Virus record (IMG/VR): IMGVR_UViG_3300006896_000003
Location: 1-35,711 of that record
Strand: one strand, 5' to 3'
DNA: 35,711 nt
Source of the DNA: a virus
Lineage: Duplodnaviria; Caudoviricetes
Below the pieces are notes generated by a model that saw only the letters and a list, made by a program, of their open reading frames with translations, did no database searches and was not told where the DNA came from. Both the position numbers and the translations under genes were made by a program. This document shows positions 24,743-35,273 of the stretch, piece by piece (the stretch's first letter is position 1; each line of letters begins with the position of its first letter).

Positions 24743-25786
24743 ATGGCAGTGATAATGGCCCCAAGGAGAGATAATGGTTATTCCATTAACATAGGGGGGC
24801 TCCTGACTTCACTTATAGGTGAACAGTTAGGGGCCATGTTTGAGAGGGCAAATAAAGCGAGACAAGTAGAGGCCGAGCGAGCAATAATGGGCGAACTTGG
24901 CTCTGTAGATGGAATGAACAAAGAACAATTTTTACTTAAAGCAATGAGCCATCCTAACTCAGGAAAGGCGTCGCCAGACTTTTTTAAAAGACTCGGAGAA
25001 ATTGCAAACGAAAGAGAAACGAACCTTGGCAGGGAAGGTTATACCAAGAGCATGACAGGTGCTGGGTTTACTCCTGAGCAAGTCGGATCAATCGTCCATG
25101 GCTCTCAGTTCCTCGATTCTCAAAACCTCTCGAATACGTTCCAAGCCGCAATTCCGAAATATGATGATGTCCAGATAGACACAGGCGGAGAGGTGCAATA
25201 CATGCAAAGAAATCCGTACCAACCGGGCTTTGTTGAGGGCACTACCCGTAAAATTATTAAAACTCCGACACCTGACAGGCTTTCAGTAAATGATCTTGAA
25301 AGAGAAAAAATGAAACAAGACGCGGCCTTAACGCGAGAAGGATACCATAACGCCAGAGCAGTAGCATCTATAGGACAAAACGACAGGCTTGTCCCGATAG
25401 AAGGTGCCGACGGAAGCATAACGTTTGTGAAGCCATCACCGGGGCTTACTATCAAAGGGGCACTTGCTGGCAAGGGTAAAAGTGGTGGTAACGGGATGGA
25501 TTACACTAAGACATTGAGTGCTGTGAGTGCAATAGAGGAACAGATAGGTGCGCTTGAAACTGATCCCGCAAATGACCCATTGGTAGCGATGCTTAAAAAC
25601 CAACGGGTCGGCTTGTTGAGGTCTTTGGATGGCCTTGGCCCACAGTTCGGATCAGGGCAACGGGCGCAATCAGCACAGCCCCAGCTAGACGTAGAGGCAA
25701 CAGCACGGCAAATGGTAGCCGCCAGCGGTGGCGCTCTCACAATCGAACAGGCAAGAGAAGAAGTCAAGGCAAGAATGGGTCAGTAA
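24743..25786 (+). CDS. Putative ejection protein (gp20-like slot)
   Basis: Helical, Gly/Gln-rich; lies just before the giant internal protein. Confidence 0.55.
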   Translation: MAVIMAPRRDNGYSINIGGLLTSLIGEQLGAMFERANKARQVEAERAIMGELGSVDGMNKEQFLLKAMSHPNSGKASPDFFKRLGEIANERETNLGREGYTKSMTGAGFTPEQVGSIVHGSQFLDSQNLSNTFQAAIPKYDDVQIDTGGEVQYMQRNPYQPGFVEGTTRKIIKTPTPDRLSVNDLEREKMKQDAALTREGYHNARAVASIGQNDRLVPIEGADGSITFVKPSPGLTIKGALAGKGKSGGNGMDYTKTLSAVSAIEEQIGALETDPANDPLVAMLKNQRVGLLRSLDGLGPQFGSGQRAQSAQPQLDVEATARQMVAASGGALTIEQAREEVKARMGQ

Positions 25787-25804
25787 CATAAACAAGCAAT
25801 TTTC

Positions 25805-25840
25805 GACAGCATGGCGATAAACGCTGTGCTGTCTTTTTTT
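25805..25840 (+). terminator. Intrinsic terminator upstream of the giant gene
   Basis: GACAGCATGGCG-ATAAA-CGCTGTGCTGTC 12-bp stem followed by T7. Confidence 0.8.
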
Positions 25841-25861
25841 ATTAATTAGGGGGTGTCCTTT

Positions 25862-28800
25862 ATGGCATTATCCAGAGAACAGATAGATGAACTTTTTAAT
25901 AAGTCAGTAGTTCCGGCTCGCCCCGTTACAACGGCAACTTCCATCAATGCCGGACAAAACGGCTCTCCTGATATAGATGAACTTTTTCGCAAATCAGCGG
26001 TATATAAAAATACTCCCGACATGAGCAACGCTGAGTTCCTTGCACAGTTTCCAGCCCCCCCTGAACCACAGAAGGACTGGAGTATTTTAGGCGCATTGCA
26101 AGGCGGATTCAGTGATATGTATAATTCAAAGGCGAATGTCAAGCTAATGGACGCAGATGTTGCTGAGGCAAAGGGTGATTTTGTCACAGCTAAAAACCTT
26201 CGCGATGAAGCTACTGCATATCAGGGCAAGGGTAAAAAATACACACCAGAAGAGTACGCAGACCCGACAGGAATATCGGGCTTTGCAGAAGACATAGTGA
26301 GGTCTCTCCCGTATTCATTAAAATCAATGGGAATAAATACTGCCGCAAGTGCGGCTGGACTTGCCATGCTGCCTACCCCCGCCGCGCCGATTGGAGTTAT
26401 TCTCCCTATCTTGGCCGCACTTTACACGGGGCATGAAGAGGCAGAGGGGAACCAAGCACAGGCGTTCAGGGCACTTATGGAAAAAGGCGTAGGGGCAATA
26501 CAGGCGGAAAAAGAGACCTCGCTTAAAACTTACGGACCATCAATGGCTGTGACGGCCCCGCTTAACTTACTCTCTGGTGGATTACTTGGCGCAGTTAGAA
26601 GCGGTGCAAGTAAGGCCGGGCTTGAAGTCCTTAAAAAGACAGGGGCAAAGATGGTCGGACAAGAGGCCGCCGAAAGAGTTGCCAACTCTGGGATTGCTAG
26701 GACACTAGGAAATCTGGCTAGCTCAAGGGGCGGAAGAATGCTCGCGGGGGCCGGTGATGAGTTTGTTGAAGAGGGCGTCCAGACTGCCACCGAACAGTGG
26801 GGGGCACGCGACCCGCTGGATATCGGCTCAATACTTTATTCAGGATTGGTTGGAGGCGCAAGCGGAGGACTCACTTCAGGTGCTATAGACCTTGTGCCGG
26901 GCGGCAGGAACGGAGCCGAGGTAATTACAAGCAAGACTCCGATTCCAACAGGGGCTGTTACACAGGTAACACAGTCCCAGCCGACAGTGCGGATGGCAGA
27001 AGCTCCAATTGTTGCTGAAGCGAAAAATGCCCCAGTTAAAAATTACACGGCAGACGACATTGCAGAAACAAACACCAACATAGCCCACGAGCTCTCGCTT
27101 GTTGATCAGGCCATTTCCATGGCAACGAAAAACAACGATCAGGATAAAGTTTCGGAACTGGACACCAGAAAGGGCTATCTTTCTGAAGCCAGTTTGCTTG
27201 TCGAAAAAGCGGACGGCTTTTTGGATACGAATCAGGGTGCGGTAAATAGGATGATGAACGCGGCCAACAATGCTTTTGTTGAAGCTAACAAGAGGGCAAG
27301 TCTTTTGCAGGAAGATTCCACAGCAGGAAGACGGGATGAAGTCCTTAAGGGTAAACCTAAGCCCAAAACATTGTCTGGGCCTTCCAATGCGACAAAGGTC
27401 AATAATAGTCAAAATTCCAGAAAGCTTGGTGCCGCATCCAACGCAGGGCCCATACTGAGCGCACTTGGAATTACACAACAAACGCCTGCGGACAGCTCTC
27501 AGACAGAGGCGACGACAGTCGCTCAAACAACGGCTAAGCAAGCACAGGTCGTCCCTGAAAACAAAGCACAAGGAGTCATCGAAGAGCCAGTAAGAAAGGG
27601 ACAGTACATAGAAGACGCTGAGGGCCTTAAGGAAAACTTGCCATTGCTTACGAACTACAAGAAACAGCTTGAATCTAAGAAAATAAAAGATGACGCTGAC
27701 AGGGCTACGATTAAAAAGATAGACGATGCGATTATTATGTTTGAAAAGGGCGATGCGGAAGGTGCACTTAGAAGGCTGAACTATCGCACTAAGATAACAA
27801 AAAAAACAGACAACTCAGGCGATAAGATAAATAAGAACTACGAAGAGGATAAACTTGATCTGGCCGGGGTAAGGGCGGTCGCATTTACAAAAGAGCCCAC
27901 CCCTCCTCCCAGCGCAAATCCGGCTATGTTTGTCCCGGAAAAAGCCACTCCGTATGAGCGCAATAAAGCCAGAGAAGCGAATGTTCAGTTTCTCGGCGCA
28001 CACCTTGGCACCCACCTTACGACACTCAGCAGGGTTCTCGGCAATAGGGGCGGCAAGGATGCAGAATATAAAGCAAAAATAGACAGCGCCATAGAAGATA
28101 TAAAAACCGGTGGAACTTACCATCTGGCCAGAGTGCGTAAGGTTATGGCTGAAATGGGCAAAAATAGAAGCCTTAAGCTTGGCAAAGACGGAAAATCAGC
28201 ATTGTCTGAACTAGTTAAAAACATGGACGACGCTACGGTTAAAAAGGCCATCGGCGACTCTTCCGCAATATCGAAAGCACTCAGGGGAGAGAATATGGCA
28301 AGAGAAAAAGAAATAAAAGAAATAAGCAGACAGGGCAAACAGAAGACTATAGCCAAAGAAGCACAGAAGAAAGCAGAAGAAAAAAGAGAGCAGAGCCAAA
28401 GAGCCGCTGTTACTCTTGAAGACAATAAGGACACCGGAAAGAGACTCGGTGTAATAGAGTCACAGATTGATGGACTGCGCAGGGCCAAAGACAGGCTCAA
28501 TAACGCTAAAGAGGCAAGTATGCTTTCAGAGGAACACGAGAGCACTCTGGCTTCACTCAAAACCTTCCTGACTAAATATGACAATGCGAAGGACAATGAA
28601 GGCGGCAAACTCTCGGCGGCGGCATCATTCCCTAATAACATAGATCTAAACCATATTGCCGATTTAGGGAAGGGGTTTAGCTCTGTAACGCCAAGAATTA
28701 TTGAGGCTATGACTTATTCTGACAAGGAGTTGGCCGATGCCCTTACCAACTATCCTGCCACATTCGGGCCGCAGATGAGAGGCATAAAATCGCTCCACGA

Positions 28801-31800
28801 CCGCATGAACAAGGTTAGGAAGTTGCAGGCTGAGTTTGCAAGGCACAATGACGGGATGCTCACAAAAGAAATGCGCGATGCTATAAGCGGTGTTATTGAA
28901 CAGAGACAGGCTCGCTCAGAAGAAGACCGGGCACAAAACAAGGCTCGCCTTAGGGACCTAGACAATAACATGCTCATAGATGCAATGGTCCAGTATAACA
29001 AAAGCAGTCTTGAAACTTTAGAGCAAGCCGCTGAATACCTGAAGGAACTTGAGCCCATTTTAAGAGAAAAGGCCGGGACAGAAAAAACGGCTAAAGATAA
29101 GAGCGGCAAGCCTGCGTCGGACATTATGCCTGACACAGAAGAAGTAAATGCGTTTGATAGAGAGAGGGCATCTAAGGGGCTAGAGGCACTGGGTAGGCTG
29201 GACGAGATATTGCTGGACAAAGACATAAAAGATTCAGTTAAACTGCTGGAAGTATCACGCTTTGTTCAAAGATACGGCTTTAATAACGGCTGGATTACCC
29301 TTAAACAAGAAGCCCCAATGGCCCCCGGCAAGAATATTGGGAAGAACTATGTAACTCCAGTAGAAGGCAAGCCTGTAATGGTAGATAAGATTCCCGGAAC
29401 AGTGCTTACTGAACAGAATTATGAACAGAATAAGGGCGCTCTTCGCACAGACGTCTTAAGGCTGATAGATGCCTTTGGCGGTGACAACAGTGCATATTCA
29501 CAGGAAACGATAGATGATGCGCAGAGGTCAATGAAAGTCCTCCTGAAGGCAATAGAGATCGGAGATTTTGCCGCAGTCAAGGATGTGCTAAGCGATCCCG
29601 ATACCAACTATAACTTCGGTTGGAGCTTGCCTTCGACAGAGATGAAATCAGAAAAGGCAATGTTCCTTCCATTGAGTCCAGAGGCGCGTAGCGCATATGA
29701 GCTCAGTAGGCATAACAGAGATGTCAAAACGCTTAGTTCTACAAGTAAGAGCGGGCAAAAGAACACAAATGAGCCGGGAATGACTAATTTAACGCTTGAA
29801 GACCTGGCTACGGGATTAGTTAAGTTTAAAAAAGACGTAGTAAGGGAAATGGGCTTAGTTGACAGCGAGCTTAAAAATAAGCGTTTTATTAGGAATGACA
29901 CGGCAAAAGCTAAGGAAATGCAGAAGTACCGTGATTCTCTGGATAAAATAGTTAAAATATCTGACCCGTCCAGCGAGCTAACTGATATGCAGAAGGCCAA
30001 GGCCATACAAAAGGTATTCAAAGACTCCCCTACACATCTTTGGCGGTGGAGAATCGAAGGCGTTAAAACTGACAAAAAACTTGAAACGCCGAAGTATTCC
30101 ACCGATCTTACCAGCGGAAATTCCGTTGAATTCGTTGCGACTAAAGAGAACATACAAAAACTCTTTGGTAAAAACGCAAAGGTGTTTAGCGAAAAGGATG
30201 GTAAGTTCTCGGTAAAAACAGCCAACGGCAACAGGGTCGTAATAGGCACAGACGGTGTTATTGAAATAGGCCGTAAGGCTGTCGAGCAGTCATGGGGCAA
30301 GGCCGCCCTTAAAGCCTTAGACAGCGGGGAAGCCAAGTTTGTTGGTCTGTTTACTAAAAATGAGTACGGTGCAGGGGTTTCGGCCATCTCCCTGCTTGAA
30401 GGGGAAGCTACTAATTTTACGGCTAACCATGAGGTATTTCACTTTGCAGTAGCAACGGCCATGAGCGAGAAACAGTGGCGAACGCTAAAGGAGGCATATG
30501 AAAATAAGGGGGCCACAGATGCTCAGATAGAAGAACGTCTATGTGATGATTATGGAAGGTTCAAAGAGGGCAGACTTGAGACAGCGCCTAAAGTTAGGCG
30601 GATATTCAACAGGGTCGCAGATTTCTTCGATACCCTTAGAGGCATGGTAACTGGCAAGGAAAGCACAAGGCAGATATTCCGCGACGTTGAATCCGGCAAG
30701 ATCTATAACCAGAAAGGCGATGGAGCAGTAAGTGGCATTGCCAAAGCCAGCGTAGAAAAGGAATCTCGCCCGATAGAGACAGTTACCGAAAAGAAGAGAC
30801 CCAAGACGCTGGCAGATCATATCGCGGGAATCTTTAAGGGTGAAGACAAAACCGGATCACTGAAATCTATTGCTGACAGAATGATGGTTGAGGCGGTTGA
30901 CGACAGGTGGTATGCCCGTACATACCTTGGCAGGGAAGTGCACAAAAAAATGGAGATGGCTCTTGCTGGTCTCTCTGGCAAGGTCACTGCAATACTTGAG
31001 TATGGAGACCCTGAGAACGGGGCCCCGTCAATTAAAAGCATTACAAAAGATATCGCAATAGAAGATAAGCCGGCGTTCGACAATGCCGCAGTCTATAACA
31101 GGTTTAAAGATGTGGCGTCAGACAGAGAGGCTTATAAGGCTGAAATAGAGTCACGCCTGAGGCTGGCTAAAATGGAAAAGGAAAATGCCAAGAGGATTAA
31201 AACGGACTATCTTGGAGACAGCAAGGGGCAGTTTGGTACTCCCGAAATAAGGATGTATACGAAAGCTTACGAGGGTTCTATGGTGAGATACAAAGAGCTT
31301 CTCAATGAAGCGAAGGAACTTCGTAAGATTAAATCCAGCAAGGTTACGAATAAGAGTTCTGCTGAATATAAAAAGGAGCTTGACGCAATACTTGCAAAGC
31401 ATCCTGAATGGAAAGAAAAACTGAACCAAGTAGTAAGAATCGGTCGGTCACAGCTTAAAAGGGCACTTAAGGCGGGGCTTATTACACAGGAAGCATACGA
31501 TAAAATGGTTACGGCGCATCCAAATTACGTCCCCGTCGTAAGGGATATCGACACCAATGAAACACTGGACATGTTTCAGAATAGGCTATCAGAAGGTCTT
31601 TTAGATATATCGAGCCCGTTCAAGCGGTTTCACGGTGGGGATGAACACTTCCTTAGCCCTGTAGAACAGTTGATCTACAGCGAAGGCAAGCTACAGAGGC
31701 TTATAGCTAGGCAGGAAACTGCGGCCGCTATAGCCGAACAGGTTGACAGCGGAAAGATAGACAAGGAGATAGTCAGACCTCTCAATAAGAAAGACGAGCT

Positions 31801-33508
31801 TAAAAAGACAGAGACTGACTTTTATGTCTATAAAAACGGCAACAGATCGCGTTATGCTATGGACAAAGACATAGCCCACATGCTCGAAGCCTTCGGCGGG
31901 GTTAAAGAACAGGATACACTCGCGTCAAAAGTAGCACAGGTTCCGGGTACGATCTTAAGGCTTGGCGTGACAAGGTCTCCGGGCTTCTGGATACCTAACA
32001 TGCTAAGAGACTCAATGCTCGCGTCGGTCGTTAATCCAGAGGTTCGCCCGTTTGTTGACAGCGTTAAAGGTCTTTGGATTGCAATAAACAAAAACAAGCC
32101 GGAATACAAGGGAATATATGAAGACTGGCTAAGGCATGGCGGACAACAGTCGATGAACTGGGGGTCCAAAGCTGAGGCCGAAAAAGAAATAAAGAGCTTT
32201 TATAAGAAAGCTAAAAACGGAACCCTTAACAGCAAGAGCGCAACAAGAAGGTTTGTTCAGTGGCTTGGGGACATGGCAGAGCTTTCAGAAGAAGCAACGC
32301 GCATTGGCAGTTACAAGCGTATGGTTGAAATGGGCGTGGATAAAGATGAGGCTGGTTACAGGACAGTTGATCAACTTTGGTTCAGCCGTGGGGGCAGGTC
32401 TTCTAAGTACATCAACAAGTACGTACCATTCTCTAATGTCGCAATACAGGGCACATACTCGCTCGTAAAAGCTTTAGGGCGCGGCGGCAAGCTTAACAAA
32501 AAAGCGCTGGCGCGTGGACTGATGTATATAACTGTTCCGAGTATAGCTCTCACAATGTGGAACCTTAGCGATGACGACAGGCGTAAAAAATACCTTGAGA
32601 TTCCAGAATGGAAGAGAAACGCATCTTGGTGTTATGTGCTCGGAGACGACATTATAACAATACCGAAACCGCACTCCGCCGGGATTATTATGGGCTCTAT
32701 GGTTGAAAGATTACTTGAGTATACCTACGGTAAGGACAAGAGAGCGTTTGATAACTTTACTGAATCGTTCTTAGGCTCGGTTGCACCTGAGGTTATGCCT
32801 CTGGTATTTAAGACCCCCTATGAGCTGTGGTCTAACTGGTCAGGATATTACGATAGGCCAATTGTTCCTGCGTCTGAGTTGCAGTATTCACCAACTGAGC
32901 AGTATGGCCCATACACGTCAGACACGGCAAGGTGGATGGCTAAGGCTATCTATAAGGGTACTGACCCGTTTATGAATCTAGTGGGCAAGGAGGGCTTTGA
33001 GTTCTCGCCTCGCAAGATAGAGTACGCCATAAACGCCTTCACGGGGAATCTAGGCAGGGATGTGACTAAGGTCATGGACACTGCGGTTAGGGCGGCAGAA
33101 AGGAAAGAGCTTCCAACAAGCAAGTGGTATGACGGAACTCCGCTTGTATCAAGGTTCCTCTCTGATCCTGCAAGAATGCGCCGCACTGAGCAAACGTTCA
33201 GGGAAGAAATAGACGGACTGCTTGAAGACCTGAACACGGCAACCCTGAGAGCAAAAGGAACACCCAGAGACAAGATATCGGACAGGGATAAAAAACTCCT
33301 AGGAGCCAAGTCGTCAATACAGGGTATCCAGACCAAAGAGCTCAGGGCCGTATCTACGTTGCAAAAAGAAATCAAAGAAATAACCAAAGACAGCAGGATG
33401 TCGGGGGAAAGAAAACGCCAGCTTATTGAAACCAGAGAGAAGAAAATAAATATAATCTCCGAGCAGGCGATAAAGAAAATCGACAGAATAACATCAAAGA
33501 TAAGTTGA
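25862..33508 (+). CDS. Giant internal virion polyvalent protein (~2548 aa) with a zincin-like metallopeptidase motif and C-terminal LPD38-like domain
   Basis: NHEVFH..EERLCD..RVADFF (MPTase-like); C-terminal YLEIPEWKRN..TIPKP..PIVP..SPRKIEY..FTG.LG (LPD38-like); N-terminal Gly/Ala hydrophobic segments. ATG 25862 follows SD GGGGGTG. Confidence 0.8.
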   Translation: MALSREQIDELFNKSVVPARPVTTATSINAGQNGSPDIDELFRKSAVYKNTPDMSNAEFLAQFPAPPEPQKDWSILGALQGGFSDMYNSKANVKLMDADVAEAKGDFVTAKNLRDEATAYQGKGKKYTPEEYADPTGISGFAEDIVRSLPYSLKSMGINTAASAAGLAMLPTPAAPIGVILPILAALYTGHEEAEGNQAQAFRALMEKGVGAIQAEKETSLKTYGPSMAVTAPLNLLSGGLLGAVRSGASKAGLEVLKKTGAKMVGQEAAERVANSGIARTLGNLASSRGGRMLAGAGDEFVEEGVQTATEQWGARDPLDIGSILYSGLVGGASGGLTSGAIDLVPGGRNGAEVITSKTPIPTGAVTQVTQSQPTVRMAEAPIVAEAKNAPVKNYTADDIAETNTNIAHELSLVDQAISMATKNNDQDKVSELDTRKGYLSEASLLVEKADGFLDTNQGAVNRMMNAANNAFVEANKRASLLQEDSTAGRRDEVLKGKPKPKTLSGPSNATKVNNSQNSRKLGAASNAGPILSALGITQQTPADSSQTEATTVAQTTAKQAQVVPENKAQGVIEEPVRKGQYIEDAEGLKENLPLLTNYKKQLESKKIKDDADRATIKKIDDAIIMFEKGDAEGALRRLNYRTKITKKTDNSGDKINKNYEEDKLDLAGVRAVAFTKEPTPPPSANPAMFVPEKATPYERNKAREANVQFLGAHLGTHLTTLSRVLGNRGGKDAEYKAKIDSAIEDIKTGGTYHLARVRKVMAEMGKNRSLKLGKDGKSALSELVKNMDDATVKKAIGDSSAISKALRGENMAREKEIKEISRQGKQKTIAKEAQKKAEEKREQSQRAAVTLEDNKDTGKRLGVIESQIDGLRRAKDRLNNAKEASMLSEEHESTLASLKTFLTKYDNAKDNEGGKLSAAASFPNNIDLNHIADLGKGFSSVTPRIIEAMTYSDKELADALTNYPATFGPQMRGIKSLHDRMNKVRKLQAEFARHNDGMLTKEMRDAISGVIEQRQARSEEDRAQNKARLRDLDNNMLIDAMVQYNKSSLETLEQAAEYLKELEPILREKAGTEKTAKDKSGKPASDIMPDTEEVNAFDRERASKGLEALGRLDEILLDKDIKDSVKLLEVSRFVQRYGFNNGWITLKQEAPMAPGKNIGKNYVTPVEGKPVMVDKIPGTVLTEQNYEQNKGALRTDVLRLIDAFGGDNSAYSQETIDDAQRSMKVLLKAIEIGDFAAVKDVLSDPDTNYNFGWSLPSTEMKSEKAMFLPLSPEARSAYELSRHNRDVKTLSSTSKSGQKNTNEPGMTNLTLEDLATGLVKFKKDVVREMGLVDSELKNKRFIRNDTAKAKEMQKYRDSLDKIVKISDPSSELTDMQKAKAIQKVFKDSPTHLWRWRIEGVKTDKKLETPKYSTDLTSGNSVEFVATKENIQKLFGKNAKVFSEKDGKFSVKTANGNRVVIGTDGVIEIGRKAVEQSWGKAALKALDSGEAKFVGLFTKNEYGAGVSAISLLEGEATNFTANHEVFHFAVATAMSEKQWRTLKEAYENKGATDAQIEERLCDDYGRFKEGRLETAPKVRRIFNRVADFFDTLRGMVTGKESTRQIFRDVESGKIYNQKGDGAVSGIAKASVEKESRPIETVTEKKRPKTLADHIAGIFKGEDKTGSLKSIADRMMVEAVDDRWYARTYLGREVHKKMEMALAGLSGKVTAILEYGDPENGAPSIKSITKDIAIEDKPAFDNAAVYNRFKDVASDREAYKAEIESRLRLAKMEKENAKRIKTDYLGDSKGQFGTPEIRMYTKAYEGSMVRYKELLNEAKELRKIKSSKVTNKSSAEYKKELDAILAKHPEWKEKLNQVVRIGRSQLKRALKAGLITQEAYDKMVTAHPNYVPVVRDIDTNETLDMFQNRLSEGLLDISSPFKRFHGGDEHFLSPVEQLIYSEGKLQRLIARQETAAAIAEQVDSGKIDKEIVRPLNKKDELKKTETDFYVYKNGNRSRYAMDKDIAHMLEAFGGVKEQDTLASKVAQVPGTILRLGVTRSPGFWIPNMLRDSMLASVVNPEVRPFVDSVKGLWIAINKNKPEYKGIYEDWLRHGGQQSMNWGSKAEAEKEIKSFYKKAKNGTLNSKSATRRFVQWLGDMAELSEEATRIGSYKRMVEMGVDKDEAGYRTVDQLWFSRGGRSSKYINKYVPFSNVAIQGTYSLVKALGRGGKLNKKALARGLMYITVPSIALTMWNLSDDDRRKKYLEIPEWKRNASWCYVLGDDIITIPKPHSAGIIMGSMVERLLEYTYGKDKRAFDNFTESFLGSVAPEVMPLVFKTPYELWSNWSGYYDRPIVPASELQYSPTEQYGPYTSDTARWMAKAIYKGTDPFMNLVGKEGFEFSPRKIEYAINAFTGNLGRDVTKVMDTAVRAAERKELPTSKWYDGTPLVSRFLSDPARMRRTEQTFREEIDGLLEDLNTATLRAKGTPRDKISDRDKKLLGAKSSIQGIQTKELRAVSTLQKEIKEITKDSRMSGERKRQLIETREKKINIISEQAIKKIDRITSKIS

Positions 33509-33513
33509 TTTAC

Positions 33514-33538
33514 GAGGAGGGGCTTCGGCCCCTCTTTT
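33514..33538 (+). terminator. Intrinsic terminator
   Basis: GAGGGGC-TTCG-GCCCCTC followed by TTTT. Confidence 0.75.
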
Positions 33539-33560
33539 GATTATTCAGAGGAGTGATAGT

Positions 33561-34082
33561 ATGCCGTGGAAGCCACTGCCAAATGTAATACGCTGGTTGC
33601 GATTAGCCGAAAAATGGAGCAAGCAGACAGGAGTGCCGGTCGCCCTCATATTGGCGACCATACATCAAGAAAGCGGGGGAAATCCCAATGCAAAGAGGGC
33701 AGAACCCGAATACCTTAAGCAATATGGGAATACGAATAAATTTAAGAAAATAGAAAAAGAAACGGGGCTTGCCCCTCTGGAGATTGCATCGTCATATGGA
33801 CTTATGCAGTTAATGATTCCTACTGCATGGGGGTATTTATCTGCCCACCACAAAAGCCCAAATGTTATATCCGTGCTGATTGATCCAGACATGGCGATAC
33901 GCTACGGAACAGCACATCTTAAAACTGCAATGGGCGAACATAACACTTTAAAGGAAATCGCTGGCGGCTATAACGGGGCAGGGAGCAACTCACAACATGC
34001 CCGTAACGTAGAAGCCTTATACGGAAGATATAGGGAGTGGTTGGATAATGGGCGACCTGACAAAGAACTTCTCAAGGAGTGA
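33561..34082 (+). CDS. Lytic transglycosylase (SLT family)
   Basis: ATIHQESGGNP, SYGLMQLM and GYNG motifs. ATG 33561 follows SD GAGGAG. Confidence 0.9.
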   Translation: MPWKPLPNVIRWLRLAEKWSKQTGVPVALILATIHQESGGNPNAKRAEPEYLKQYGNTNKFKKIEKETGLAPLEIASSYGLMQLMIPTAWGYLSAHHKSPNVISVLIDPDMAIRYGTAHLKTAMGEHNTLKEIAGGYNGAGSNSQHARNVEALYGRYREWLDNGRPDKELLKE

Positions 34083-34410
34083 ATTAAAGTGTAAGTGCGG
34101 GAAATGCACAAACAATTATATAGACATAAGGCTGGTCAAGGGGCTTCAGGAGCTCAGGGATCTTATTGGAAAGCCAATCATTATAAACTCTGCCACGAGG
34201 TGTAAGGCCCACAACAAAGCCGTTGGCGGAGTCCCGAACTCGCAACATGTCATGGGAAGAGCGGCAGACATAAGGGCGGACGGGATGTCCCCCGAAAAAC
34301 TGGCCTTTTATGCGGAGCAAATCGCAGTGTTTAAGAACGGAGGAATCGGAGTGTATGCTTCTTTTGTGCATGTTGATGTGAGAGGACATAAGGCGAGGTG
34401 GCGCGGGTGA
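34048..34410 (+). CDS. Peptidase M15A-family endolysin
   Basis: NFSRSELKCKCG, INSATRC..HN, SQHVMGRAADI, FVHVDVRG. Confidence 0.9.
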   Translation: MGDLTKNFSRSELKCKCGKCTNNYIDIRLVKGLQELRDLIGKPIIINSATRCKAHNKAVGGVPNSQHVMGRAADIRADGMSPEKLAFYAEQIAVFKNGGIGVYASFVHVDVRGHKARWRG

Positions 34411-34697
34411 GCGAGAATGAGATCCAGAGAATACTAGAAAAAATAGACGAATTAAAAGACGAGCTTAACCGACAGAACATGGAATGGCATAACGAGCTTC
34501 ATAGCCTGCATCTTAAATGTGCGGCGAGAGAGGCAATGCTTGCCAAGGCCGAAGCGCACATGAACACGCCCCATCAGTCACACGAAGAATGGCTACAGAA
34601 CACCGTCGGCAAAAGAGTAATAATGTTAATCTCTGGCGTTACGGGCGCGGTTGTTTATATTATGGCGCAACGGCTTATTGAGGAGTTATTTAAATGA
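34407..34697 (+). CDS. Coiled-coil protein with C-terminal TM helix (holin/antiholin-like)
   Basis: GTG start in a GTGA overlap with the M15 stop; C-terminal VIMLISGVTGAVVYIMA. Confidence 0.55.
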   Translation: MSENEIQRILEKIDELKDELNRQNMEWHNELHSLHLKCAAREAMLAKAEAHMNTPHQSHEEWLQNTVGKRVIMLISGVTGAVVYIMAQRLIEELFK

Positions 34698-34924
34698 AGA
34701 TCTTCAGGGACATCCTCTCTACTCTCTATGATGAAGATCAATGCATGTCCCTGCCAAGACTGTTCTGCTTTGTGTCATTCTTAATATTTACAATAGCTTG
34801 GATGCTGGAGCAGTGCTTTGGTGTGCCGTTTGAACACTTCGCCGAACTTACCGGAGTTTATGGTATCGCCATGGGCTCATATGTTGGAAAGAAGTTCAGC
34901 GAGAAGGGAGGGCACAGTGAATAA
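34694..34924 (+). CDS. Putative holin (2 TM helices)
   Basis: SLPRLFCFVSFLIFTIAW and LTGVYGIAMGSYVG followed by a charged tail; within the lysis cassette. Confidence 0.7.
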   Translation: MKIFRDILSTLYDEDQCMSLPRLFCFVSFLIFTIAWMLEQCFGVPFEHFAELTGVYGIAMGSYVGKKFSEKGGHSE

Positions 34925-35273
34925 AAAGACGTTGGTAATAATCATAGGGGCTATCTCAATTGCGATCATATTTATAAGTATCTATATGATAAGTAAAATA
35001 ATATACCACGACAATCCCCCCTCTGTGGCAGTGGTCAAAGACGCAGAGAAAGAGATAAACGCAAGGCTAGATAAACTGGAAGGCGTAATAAAGGAGGCGA
35101 AAAAAAATGCTTACATATCCGCACGAAAAAATGAGGAAATCGTCTCCGCTCTTACTTCTGACGGTGTTGCTTCTGAGCTTGTTCTTATGCTGGAGCAGAG
35201 CAGAAGCGAGCGCCGAGATAGAGTACGTACCGAAGGGCTGGACAAGTCAGGCGGAGGGGTATTGGCTGACTGA
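34917..35273 (+). CDS. Inner-membrane spanin-like (Rz-like) protein
   Basis: GTG 34917 after SD GGAGG; NKK then a single N-terminal TM and a coiled coil; overlaps the next gene. Confidence 0.6.
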   Translation: MNKKTLVIIIGAISIAIIFISIYMISKIIYHDNPPSVAVVKDAEKEINARLDKLEGVIKEAKKNAYISARKNEEIVSALTSDGVASELVLMLEQSRSERRDRVRTEGLDKSGGGVLAD

